Assembly (NCBI GenBank): GCA_030730585.1
Contig: JANQUV010000066.1
Span: 1,268-65,267 of the forward strand
Length of the DNA stretch: 64,000 nucleotides
Reading direction: 5' to 3'
Source of the DNA: Haliea sp.
GTDB taxonomy: Bacteria; Pseudomonadota; Gammaproteobacteria; Pseudomonadales; Halieaceae
A program made the translations under genes and the position numbers. Positions within the stretch are counted from its first letter, which is position 1. Each line of letters begins with the position of its first letter. Below, piece after piece: positions 55,837 to 64,000 of this stretch. Under the pieces are notes generated by a model. The model did not search any database, was not told where the DNA came from, and saw only the letters and a list, made by a program, of their open reading frames with translations.

Positions 55837-56604
55837 ATGCGTAAGCTGTTTGATGTGAGTGGTAAAGTGGCTGTAGTTACCGGTGGATCGCGAGGTATTG
55901 GCGCGATGATAGCCGAGGGTTTTGTTGCCAATGGCGTACGTACCTACATTACGGCGCGCAAGGTGGATGAACTTGAGGCCACGGCAGCGCGCCTGTCGGC
56001 GTTTGGGGAGTGCATTCCCATCGCGTCTGATCTGTCCACGGTGGAAGGTATCAAGCAGTTCGCGGCAGCCATTTGTGAGCGGGAAAGCGCCGTACATATC
56101 CTGGTGAACAACGCGGGAGCAACGTGGGGCGCAGCGATTGAAGATTTCCCGGAGAATGGCTGGGACAAGGTCATGGACCTGAACGTCAAGTCGATCTTTT
56201 TTCTCACCCAGCAACTGTTGCCGGCCCTGCGTGCCGCCCGCACTGATGAGGATCCCGCTCGGGTGATCAACATTGGTTCAGTGAATGGCATCACCAATGC
56301 ACATGGCAACAACTATGGCTACAGTGCGAGTAAGGCTGCGGTGCACCAGCTCACGCGTCAACTTGGCGCGGACCTGGCGAAAGAGGGCGTCAACGTCAAT
56401 GCGATTGCCCCAGGCTTATTCCCCAGCAAAATGACCGCACATATGTTGCCGCACGAAGCCGAGTTGGTGAAGGCTTTCCCAATCGGGCGCATGGGATCTG
56501 CGGAAGACGCCGCTGGCACGGCAATTTATTTGAGCGCGCGAGCCTCTGCCTGGGTTACTGGGCATGTGCTGGTGCTGGATGGTGGCTTGGTCGCGGAATC
56601 CTGA
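55837..56604 (+). CDS. SDR-family oxidoreductase (RhlG/3-oxoacyl reductase-like)
   Basis: VTGGSRGIG, NNAG, YSASKAAVHQLTRQLG. Confidence 0.85.
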   Translation: MRKLFDVSGKVAVVTGGSRGIGAMIAEGFVANGVRTYITARKVDELEATAARLSAFGECIPIASDLSTVEGIKQFAAAICERESAVHILVNNAGATWGAAIEDFPENGWDKVMDLNVKSIFFLTQQLLPALRAARTDEDPARVINIGSVNGITNAHGNNYGYSASKAAVHQLTRQLGADLAKEGVNVNAIAPGLFPSKMTAHMLPHEAELVKAFPIGRMGSAEDAAGTAIYLSARASAWVTGHVLVLDGGLVAES

Positions 56605-56924
56605 TGCGCCGTGCGGCGCGCAAAACGTGCCCGGCGCAAGGCTATGCCGTTAGCTGAGTTGGGGCTGCTGCCTCAATGCTCGCGTGCTGCATAGAGCTTC
56701 ACCCATTCGGTGAGTACGCCTTAGCCTGTTGCTCTTGTCATGGGCGCAGGGCTTGCCATGTGGTAACGGAAATTGCCTGCCATATGGATATGTACCCAAG
56801 GTGTGTCACGGTCTGAGGTGACGCTTTTGGCGTGGCTTGCTGCCAAGCGCAGTAAAAAAGGACAGGCTCAGCAGGGCGAGAAAGCGGGTAAAAAATCACG
56901 TGAGTGCAGTCAGTCTCCGTAGTT

Positions 56925-59729
56925 TCAGGTGGTAATAATCAAACGCAGAGCTTGCAGTTGCAGGCTGGCGTGGCGGATGTGCAGGGCGGATTCGTCAATG
57001 CGGTAGGCAAGGTAGTCCAGTTCCTCTTGGCGTATCGACGGGTTCACTGCGCGCAGCGCTTGCAGCCGTTCCAGTTCTGCTCCGAGTTCGGTTCGCATCC
57101 GTTGTTCCGCCGCCGCCAGCAGCGGCGCCAGGCGCTCAGTGGCCTGGCGGCTGGCGAGCAACATTTTCTTATCCACTTCCTCTTGCACCTGCTTGATAAT
57201 GGCCAGTGCAGTGCCTTTATTGACCCGTTCCACCAGGCCGTTCAGGCGCTCGTGAGGGACCAGGCTGGCGAGGTCTTTGCCGCGCGCGTCCACTAGCAAG
57301 CGCAGTGGGGACAGCGACAGGAAACGCTCCAGCTGCAGTGCTTTGGGCGCAACACAGTTAATTGTGAACACGCATTCCAGGAGCATTGTACCGGGTGCGA
57401 TGCCCTTTAACTTGATGGTGCCCAGCGCCGCGTTACCCAGTTCGGTAGAGCGCACCATATCCATGGCTTCCACCAGCATCGGGTGTTCCCAGGTCAGGAA
57501 CGCCATGTCCTCCCGAGCCAGTGCTTTACTGCGCGAGAACGTGACGGTATTGCCGTCTTCTTGCAGGTGCGGAAAGTGCCCGGTCAGCATGTGGTCGGTG
57601 GGACGCAACACCAGGGTGTGCTCGGAGTGGTACTCGTGCTCGACACCATACGCTTCACACAGGGCTTCCAGATAGGGCTGCAGCGTCTCGCTGTCCTCAT
57701 TCGCTACGATATCGGCGATCACGCTTGCGGCGACATCGGCTTTGCAGGAATTGCGCTCCAGCAGACGATCACGCCCTTCGCGCAGTTCGAGGCGTGTTTC
57801 TGCGGTGAACGCGGCGGTATCGGTGATCAGCGGCGTCAGGTCCCCTTTCGGGTTCTGTAAGGCCTGCAGCAGGCGTGATTCAAACTGGGCCAGGATCATG
57901 GTGCCAGCGGAGCAGCTTTCACGAAACAGGTTTAAACCGCGGTCGTACCAGTCGAGCAACACCTCCTGTGCGCTGCCGGAAAGAAAAGGTACGTGTATCT
58001 GCACGTCCTCTGCCTGACCGATGCGGTCGAGGCGCCCAATACGCTGCTCCAGAAGGTCGGGATTCAGCGGCAGATCGAACAGAATAAGGTGGTGAGCAAA
58101 CTGGAAGTTGCGGCCCTCACTGCCAATTTCCGAGCATACCAGGGTTTGCGCGCCGGCAGTCTCGTCGGCAAAGTAGGCCGCGGCACGGTCGCGCTCGATA
58201 ATCGATAGCCCTTCGTAGAAGGCGGCGGAGCGGATCCCGGCGCGCAGGTGCAGGTAGTGCTCCAGGGCGACTGCGGTCTCCGCCCGCGCGCAAATAATCA
58301 GCACTTTTGCCGGGCGCAGTGCTTTCAGCGTTTGTTCCAACCAGGTGACTCGCGGGTCGAAGGAGAGCCAGCTATCGTCGTGGTAGGGAGCTTCAGGATG
58401 CAGTGCTTCATGCACGTCGCTGTTGGCATGGCGGTAGGCGGGCGGAGAGTCCAGCGGATAGCGGTGCAGCACGCGGGTGGGGAAGCCGCTAATTGCCGCT
58501 CGCGTGTTTCTGAACATCACGCGGCCGGTGCCATGGCGGTCCAGAATTTGTTCGATGAGCGTTTCTGCGGGTGCAGCGGGGTCGAGGCCTGCCGGTAGGC
58601 CAGAAACCGTTTCGCCTTGCTCCAGGCGCTTGGATATATCGCTCCAGTGCCGGTACTGCTGCTCTTCTTCTCTAAAGGCCGCAAGGGAGTGGAAGCGCTC
58701 GGGATCGAGCAGCTGCAGGCGCGCAAAGTGGCTCTCCAGCCCTACCTGTTCCGGCGTAGCTGTCAGCAGCAATAGCCCCGGATTTTGCCGGGCGAGTGCT
58801 GCGACAAAACGATAATCCTCACCCGGTGCTTCGGGTGACCAATGCAGGTGGTGTGCCTCGTCGACCACGACCAGGTCCCAGTGGACTGCCAGTGCCTCCA
58901 GCTGACGCTCCGTTGATTCACGGAACAGGTCCAGGCTGCACAATACCAGCTGCTCACTGTCGAACGGGTTGTAAGCGTCGGGCGCTAGCAGGGGGTCCTC
59001 ATCAAACACATCGAGCGGTTCTGCCGTGTCCAGCCGTTCGGCGTCGAACAGTGAGAAGTGCAGGTTGAAGCGTCGTAGCATCTCTACCAGCCACTGGTGT
59101 AGCAGCGTCTGCGGCACCAGAATCAGCACCCGCGCGGCGCGCCCGGTGAGTATCTGTTGGTGCAGGATCATGCCGGCTTCGATAGTTTTACCCAGGCCGA
59201 CCTCATCGGCGAGCAGCACCCGGGGTGAATGGCGGCGGCCCACTTCGTTGGCAATGTACACTTGGTGCGGCAGTAAGCTGGTACGCGAACCCATCAGCCC
59301 ACGGGCTGCGGATTGTTGCAGCCGGTCCAGGTGCGACAAGGTGGCCACGCGCAGGGCAAAGTCGCTGGTTTTGTCAAAATGTCCGTTGAGGAGGCGTTGT
59401 TGCGGGGTGGTGATTTGTACAAAAGCGTCCAGTTCCAGCTCCGACACCGTCATGCTTTGGTCGTGATGATCGGTACCGGTATACAGCAACAGCCCACCAC
59501 TTTCGGCCACTTCGGTGATCTCTAGCTCGTCACCATTCACTGTTGAGATCGCGTCACCGACTTTAAAGCGCAGCCGGGTGAGCGGTGCGTTCTCGGCGGC
59601 ATAAGTGCGCTCTTCCCCTACCGCTGGAAAACTCAGTGTGACACGCCGCGGTTCAACCTCAACAATGACACCCAAGCCAAGTTGTGCGTCCGCATGGCTT
59701 ACCCAGCGCTGACCAACAATATATTCCAT
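56925..59729 (-). CDS. rapA: RNA polymerase-associated SNF2 ATPase RapA (HepA)
   Basis: N-terminal (Y)IVGQRWVSHADAQLGLGVIVEV... matches RapA. SNF2 motifs LLADEVGLGKTIEAG, DLVVVDEAHHL. Helicase C motifs. ATG at 59729. Confidence 0.93.
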   Translation of the reverse strand: MEYIVGQRWVSHADAQLGLGVIVEVEPRRVTLSFPAVGEERTYAAENAPLTRLRFKVGDAISTVNGDELEITEVAESGGLLLYTGTDHHDQSMTVSELELDAFVQITTPQQRLLNGHFDKTSDFALRVATLSHLDRLQQSAARGLMGSRTSLLPHQVYIANEVGRRHSPRVLLADEVGLGKTIEAGMILHQQILTGRAARVLILVPQTLLHQWLVEMLRRFNLHFSLFDAERLDTAEPLDVFDEDPLLAPDAYNPFDSEQLVLCSLDLFRESTERQLEALAVHWDLVVVDEAHHLHWSPEAPGEDYRFVAALARQNPGLLLLTATPEQVGLESHFARLQLLDPERFHSLAAFREEEQQYRHWSDISKRLEQGETVSGLPAGLDPAAPAETLIEQILDRHGTGRVMFRNTRAAISGFPTRVLHRYPLDSPPAYRHANSDVHEALHPEAPYHDDSWLSFDPRVTWLEQTLKALRPAKVLIICARAETAVALEHYLHLRAGIRSAAFYEGLSIIERDRAAAYFADETAGAQTLVCSEIGSEGRNFQFAHHLILFDLPLNPDLLEQRIGRLDRIGQAEDVQIHVPFLSGSAQEVLLDWYDRGLNLFRESCSAGTMILAQFESRLLQALQNPKGDLTPLITDTAAFTAETRLELREGRDRLLERNSCKADVAASVIADIVANEDSETLQPYLEALCEAYGVEHEYHSEHTLVLRPTDHMLTGHFPHLQEDGNTVTFSRSKALAREDMAFLTWEHPMLVEAMDMVRSTELGNAALGTIKLKGIAPGTMLLECVFTINCVAPKALQLERFLSLSPLRLLVDARGKDLASLVPHERLNGLVERVNKGTALAIIKQVQEEVDKKMLLASRQATERLAPLLAAAEQRMRTELGAELERLQALRAVNPSIRQEELDYLAYRIDESALHIRHASLQLQALRLIITT

Positions 59730-59840
59730 AACGTCTCGTTCGTTGACGGGCCGGACTGCGGCCCGCAAAAGGCGCTTATTCTACCATCGACCCGCGGCAG
59801 GTTTGAGGGTTGCGTTGTGCCGAAGTGTGAATTGCCACGC

Positions 59841-60659
59841 TTATTGGGGTGTATTTGGGAAAAATAATGCAAGGCTGTTGCGGTAAGCGGAGGCAAGCAG
59901 TGTTTCCACGGGGATTTCCAGTACCTCGGCGATGCGCTCAGCGATGAAGGGCAAATAAAACGGTGCGTTGGGTCGGCCTCGGTAAGGCACTGGGGTCAGG
60001 TAGGGCGAATCGGTTTCCAGAACCAGCTGGTCAAGTGGCGTTGCAGCCACCACTTCCCGCACGTTATCGGCACGGTTGAACGTGGTGATGCCATTAAAAC
60101 CCAGCATGAAGCCGGCTTCGAGGCAGAACTCTGCCAGGGCCATGCCAGAGGTGAAACTGTGGATCACTCCCTTGCGGCGCAAGTGCGGTGCGTATTCGGC
60201 AAGAATGGCACGTGTGTCTTCATCCGCCTCTCGAGTGTGGATGACCACGGGCAGATCCAGGTCCACGGCTAGCGCCAGCTGGGCAGCAAATACGCTGCGT
60301 TGCACCGCGCGGTCGGCATGGTCGTAAAAATAATCCAGGCCGATCTCGCCCACGGCGACGATACGTTCATCGCTGCCGCGTTCGCGGATAATCTCTGCCA
60401 CCTCTGGGGTGAAGCTTTCGGCCTCATGCGGATGTACACCTTGTGTGCCCCAGATGTCCGGGGCGACGCGGGTGAGCGCGAGCACGCTGTCGAGGTTACT
60501 TGCCGACACCGCGATGGTCACGATCCGTTCAATGCCCACCGCGCGGGAGCGGGTAAGTGTGTCCTGAAGCTGCACCGGATCCAGATAGTCTAGGTGGCAG
60601 TGGGTTTCGATGATTGGGGTGGCGAACAGTGGGATATCGCGATGTTTGCCTTTGCTCAT
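59841..60659 (-). CDS. TatD-family metal-dependent hydrolase/DNase
   Basis: IETHCHLD, AVGEIGLDY, PVVIHTREA, ETDSPYL motifs. Confidence 0.88.
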   Translation of the reverse strand: MSKGKHRDIPLFATPIIETHCHLDYLDPVQLQDTLTRSRAVGIERIVTIAVSASNLDSVLALTRVAPDIWGTQGVHPHEAESFTPEVAEIIRERGSDERIVAVGEIGLDYFYDHADRAVQRSVFAAQLALAVDLDLPVVIHTREADEDTRAILAEYAPHLRRKGVIHSFTSGMALAEFCLEAGFMLGFNGITTFNRADNVREVVAATPLDQLVLETDSPYLTPVPYRGRPNAPFYLPFIAERIAEVLEIPVETLLASAYRNSLALFFPNTPQ

Positions 60660-61684
60660 TGAGTATCCATATCGTCTTGGGTTGCTGCTGCATTGGGTGT
60701 TGTGATTAAGCTCGTTAGTGTGGCGCTGCCGGAAGCATTAGCAGAAGGCACACTGCGTGCTTCAAGCGCGGTGATGGTGTCAGTGATTTGCCCCCAAAGC
60801 CATTGATGCAGAGCCGATTGGTCTGTCCGTCGGTGAGCCACCAGCATATATTTGAGCGTGTAGTCACTGCCCGGTGGTGTTGGCAGGGCGACAATGCCAC
60901 TGGTGACGTGTGTGTTTTGCAATACATAGGCTGGCCCGGGCAGAAAATAGTCTGTGCTGCGCAGTACTTCCATGGCGGTCATCAGGTGAGACGTTTCGAG
61001 AGACCCCTGATGCGGGCTTCGCACCCGCATAAAAGCCTCAGAGCTTCGCGCCACTTCAGCTTGTTCCAGATCGGGAACGTACACGCGGATGAGTGGATAG
61101 CGTCCAAGACGTTCCCAGGTCACTGCACCCTGCGCGAGTGGGTGGCCTGCACGTACAAGAATAGCCGGAGGCGCGGTGACCAACGGACGCACGCGATACT
61201 CCTCCGGGTAATGCGATTGCGCAATGTGGATGGCGAAATCGAGACTGCCGGTCGCTAGGGCATCCAGCTGGTGCTCCAGCCGGGTAATCGTGCGAATGGA
61301 GAGCCTGGGGGCAAGCCTGTGTAGCCGCTGGATCAACTCCGGTAACAGGGCAATACCCACGTATTCTGACAGTGCGAGAGTGACTTCGCCGTTGTAGGTG
61401 TAAGGGTCGAAGCGTGACCCAGACACCAGGCGATGGATGTCGTCCAGTAATCCGGTCAGTTCTGCAGCCAGCTCCAGGGCCCTGGGCGTGGGCTGCATGC
61501 CACGGTTGCTGCGGGTGAAGAGCTGATCCCCAAACATTGCGCGCAGCCTGCTCAGTGTCTTGCTCATGGCCGGTTGCGTAATGTGCAGGCGCTCCGCGGC
61601 TCGCGATACACTGCGCTCTTCCAGTAGAGCCTGCAGGGCTACCAGTAAGTTCAGGTCGGTTTTATGCAGATTGAGCGAATCCAT
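60656..61684 (-). CDS. LysR-family transcriptional regulator
   Basis: HTH DLNLLVALQALLEERSVSRAAERLHITQPAMSKTLSRLR. The stop overlaps the tatD start (ATGA). Confidence 0.88.
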   Translation of the reverse strand: MDSLNLHKTDLNLLVALQALLEERSVSRAAERLHITQPAMSKTLSRLRAMFGDQLFTRSNRGMQPTPRALELAAELTGLLDDIHRLVSGSRFDPYTYNGEVTLALSEYVGIALLPELIQRLHRLAPRLSIRTITRLEHQLDALATGSLDFAIHIAQSHYPEEYRVRPLVTAPPAILVRAGHPLAQGAVTWERLGRYPLIRVYVPDLEQAEVARSSEAFMRVRSPHQGSLETSHLMTAMEVLRSTDYFLPGPAYVLQNTHVTSGIVALPTPPGSDYTLKYMLVAHRRTDQSALHQWLWGQITDTITALEARSVPSANASGSATLTSLITTPNAAATQDDMDTQ

Positions 61685-61829
61685 AAGTCAATTATGAATC
61701 ATTTTCATAGTAGACATAAAATAAATACATTGGATATATATCTGTGCCGGTTCTAAAATTTTGTCATGTGGTTAGATATTCCCGTTTCAGTGGCGGAAAT
61801 GTTCATCCAGGTCCAGTAAATGACTATTT

Positions 61830-63305
61830 TTAAACCCGCCGTTTGGCGGGTTTTTTTTGTCTGCGACGTGCCGCTTGTGCTTTGCTCGGGGGAAGCACGG
61901 CGTCGTACAAGGCTTGGAAAGACTCGTTCAGGCAATCGCGGTATTGCTCTGGGTCAGGCACCATGGCCCGGTCTGCGAGTACCGAAACCGTGATTTTGCC
62001 GCAGTAACTAAAAACAAGATGAAAGATGCCCATGCCGGGTGTCAATACACCCAGCCCGTAATAATCCACCAGCCTCGCGCCGGCGCAGTAAAGCGGTTGG
62101 TCTGGCCCGGCGACATTGGAAACCACGGTAGACACGTTCACCGGCAGGTAACCGGACAGATGATTGCGCGCCCAGAAGTCTGCTACCGGCCGCGTCAGGG
62201 CAGGTGTGAAGACCCCCGCCAGCTTGAGCAGGTCCACCAGCGGGCTGACCTCACCGGCTCGCTGGGCATCCAGTGAACTGGTATGGATGGCCTGCAGCTG
62301 AGCGCAGGGGTCGGCAATGTCGGTGTGCAGTGAGGTAAACACGGAGCCTATCTGATTGTGGTCCGGGCTGGCTTCGCGCCGCGTGCGCATGTTGATTGGG
62401 ATGGCGGCCGCCAGAGGCGCTTGCGGTGCTTCACCCAGCTTGCTTAGGTAGCGCAGTAAAGCCCCACCAACAACGGTCAGGGCAACATCATTGAGCTTGA
62501 CGTCAGCGGCATCCTTAATCAATTTGAAAGCCTGCAGTTCGAACTCGGCTGCGGTGAACACTCGATGCGGGCTCACCGGGTGATTAAAACGACTCTTTGG
62601 CGCTTGCATGTCCAGAGCCGGGAAGTCTCCTTTGGCGACCCCCGCGGCATAGCGTGCCAGGCGCAAAGAGTTGCTGGCAGCGCCGCTGACCACTCCCGCC
62701 ACGTTCTTGATGCCATTGACCGTTGCCCGTGAGAGCAGTTCAGCGACACCCGGGGTGGTGTCTACAAGACGTGGCACGGCGTCGCGCTCAGCGCTGGCCT
62801 CAGGTGTCGGTACCAGGTCATGAATTAGTGCGACGATGCTATTGCCGCCCATGCCGTCTACCATGGCATGATGAATCTTGGTCATGATGGCAAAGCTTCC
62901 CCGCGGCAGCCCGGGTATCCGGTCTAATCCTTCGATAATGTAAGCTTCCCACAGGGGTTTTGACATATCTAACGGGCGTGAGTGCAAGCGGGAGATCTGG
63001 ATGCACAGTTGACGCCAGTCACCGGGGCTGGGCAGTGCGATATGCCGCAGATGGAACTCAACATCAAAGCGCTCGTCCTTTACCCAGTAGGGCCGGTCCA
63101 GCCCACCAGGAACCTGCACCAAGCGTGTTCTGAAAAGAGGCTGGTTGTCCAGGCGCCGCTCAAACGTGGCGATTACCTGCTTGAAGCGAACCTTGCCGCC
63201 GGGCGCGGTGGAGGGGTCGTAGATTCCCAGGCTGGCAATATGTTGCGGTGTATTGCCTCGCTCCAGGTTGATGAAGGCGGCGTCCAGAATACCCAGTTGT
63301 TTCAT
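61830..63305 (-). CDS. Wax ester synthase / diacylglycerol acyltransferase (WS/DGAT)
   Basis: Catalytic HHAMVDGMG (HHxxxDG). N-terminal LDAAFINLE and central ...NDVALTVVGGALLRYL patterns of the WS/DGAT family. Confidence 0.9.
   Translation of the reverse strand: MKQLGILDAAFINLERGNTPQHIASLGIYDPSTAPGGKVRFKQVIATFERRLDNQPLFRTRLVQVPGGLDRPYWVKDERFDVEFHLRHIALPSPGDWRQLCIQISRLHSRPLDMSKPLWEAYIIEGLDRIPGLPRGSFAIMTKIHHAMVDGMGGNSIVALIHDLVPTPEASAERDAVPRLVDTTPGVAELLSRATVNGIKNVAGVVSGAASNSLRLARYAAGVAKGDFPALDMQAPKSRFNHPVSPHRVFTAAEFELQAFKLIKDAADVKLNDVALTVVGGALLRYLSKLGEAPQAPLAAAIPINMRTRREASPDHNQIGSVFTSLHTDIADPCAQLQAIHTSSLDAQRAGEVSPLVDLLKLAGVFTPALTRPVADFWARNHLSGYLPVNVSTVVSNVAGPDQPLYCAGARLVDYYGLGVLTPGMGIFHLVFSYCGKITVSVLADRAMVPDPEQYRDCLNESFQALYDAVLPPSKAQAARRRQKKPAKRRV
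61832..61858 (+). terminator. Rho-independent terminator, strong on the plus strand
   Basis: AAACCCGCC-gttt-GGCGGGTTT stem-loop followed by a T run on the plus strand. On the minus strand no U-tract follows the stem. It overlaps the last codons of the minus-strand WS/DGAT gene. Confidence 0.7.
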
Positions 63306-63444
63306 GCGAATGGCTCCGGTTCGCCGAGAATAAATAAGGAAGAGCGATGAGTCTGTTAAGAAGCCGTTATATCATCATTGCTCCAAGGGCTCTAGCAACA
63401 TCGGGCCTCGGCGATCGACAGTGAGGTTTGCAGTGAAACGGTGG

Positions 63445-64000
63445 ATGAGGCGTAGCGTTGCGCAAGGCGGCATGCCATGGCTGCGCCTGTGTGGTCTTGT
63501 GTTTTGGTTGTGCCTCGCACCCGCTGTGCAGGCTATATCTTCTACGCCCTATGGGTACGACTTTTTGCGCAGCGGTAAAACCTGGCCAGACGAGGCGCCT
63601 GTCACTGTGCAAGTCTCTGCGCAAGACGCCGCTATTACGCCGGCACGGTTGGCCGAGCAGCGCGCCAGGCTGCAGGCCATGGAAGCGGCTGAGGGGCCTT
63701 ACGCCGCAAGCCTGGCGGTACCCCTGGCAGACCTGGGGCGGGGCTTGTCGGGCGCTGGCGACCCCTTAGCAGCCGCCCGGGTTTACAGCCGAGCGTTGCA
63801 TGTATTGCGGATCAACCAAGGTTTGTATAGCGACCAGCAGTTGCCGTTGATCAAGGAGCTACTCGCCGCGCACCGGAGCCTGGGAGACTGGCAGGCGCTG
63901 GATGCGCGCTATGACTATTATTACCGACTGTTGGGCGGCGGCGAGCGTATGAATACGCGTGCCGCCGCTGACTACTTTCGCTGGCAGCGTGAAGCCCTGC
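63445..64000 (+). CDS. Secreted hypothetical protein (helical-repeat/TPR-like?), 3'-truncated by the window edge
   Basis: This frame is open from GTG 63433 to the window end and is not in the supplied ORF track. Translation: (M)RRSVAQGGMPWLRLCGLVFWLCLAPAVQA/ISSTPYGYDF..., a signal peptide, then ...AARVYSRALHVLRINQGLYSDQQLPLIKELLAAHRSLGDWQALDARYDYYYRLL. Start could be 63445 or 63472. Confidence 0.5.
   Translation, partial: MRRSVAQGGMPWLRLCGLVFWLCLAPAVQAISSTPYGYDFLRSGKTWPDEAPVTVQVSAQDAAITPARLAEQRARLQAMEAAEGPYAASLAVPLADLGRGLSGAGDPLAAARVYSRALHVLRINQGLYSDQQLPLIKELLAAHRSLGDWQALDARYDYYYRLLGGGERMNTRAAADYFRWQREAL

Noticed and set aside
56605-56924. 320-bp convergent spacer between the SDR and rapA, examined for sRNA, tRNA, terminators and gene remnants.
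   Set aside because: I found only a weak GC hairpin without a U-tract (GCGCCG-TG-CGGCGC near 56607-56620) and short ORFs under 55 codons without start signals or motifs. Nothing is supportable.
63367-63769. Listed ORFs 63458-63769 (plus strand) and 63367-63624 (minus strand).
   Set aside because: Their translations are Arg/Cys/His-rich. A third frame (63433 to the window end) gives a signal peptide and sensible sequence, so these are off-frame artefacts.
1-64000. Searched by eye for CRISPR arrays, tandem or interspersed repeats, IS elements, integrases, phage genes, toxin-antitoxin pairs, known defence genes, tRNA and rRNA.
   Set aside because: No spaced direct repeats, no transposase- or integrase-like translations, and no cloverleaf-sized conserved segments in the few long spacers. 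Gene content and tight packing look like core chromosome. A computational repeat/tRNA scan (tRNAscan-SE, CRISPRCasFinder, self-dotplot) would be needed to exclude them completely.

Overview
GC-rich bacterial chromosome segment. Gene content looks gammaproteobacterial (sstT, rapA, btuB, exeA/gspB, finR-like/fpr pair, sprT). It is rich in lipid and acyl-CoA metabolism, which suggests a marine lipid- or hydrocarbon-utilising lineage; the taxon is inference only. I can support about 60 protein-coding genes, one cobalamin riboswitch, one candidate operator array, one strong intrinsic terminator and two likely pseudogenes. I saw no rRNA, tRNA, CRISPR array, transposase, integrase, phage gene or recognisable defence gene, so the window looks like core chromosome rather than an accessory island.

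Main blocks:
- A cobalamin-riboswitch-controlled btuB-cobO-btuC-btuD-btuF operon (4.9-10.3 kb).
- A tdh-kbl threonine catabolic pair.
- A stand-alone exeA/gspB-like pair.
- A tightly coupled 7-gene minus-strand operon: DUF1445, pxpA, pxpB, pxpC, DUF4392, D-amino-acid aminotransferase, alanine racemase (28.8-34.9 kb). This is my best candidate for undescribed biology: a D-glutamate/5-oxoproline route built from the two halves of D-glutamate cyclase.
- A lipid-handling neighbourhood with tesB, two acyl-CoA synthetases, a patatin lipase and, further on, WS/DGAT.
- A 6-gene methyl-branched beta-oxidation-like operon with a lone carboxyltransferase (50.3-56.6 kb).

Smaller oddities:
- A GGDEF protein with a degenerate active site but an intact I-site.
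- A truncated, frameshifted DUF748 gene.
- A 35-codon PhzF remnant.
- An orphan plus-strand terminator and mini-ORF divergent from a LysR gene.
- A repeated ATGCAA-N4-TTGCAT operator next to a PadR gene.

All family assignments come from reading the translated ORFs and recalling family motifs. No database search was run, so none of the novelty claims is established.
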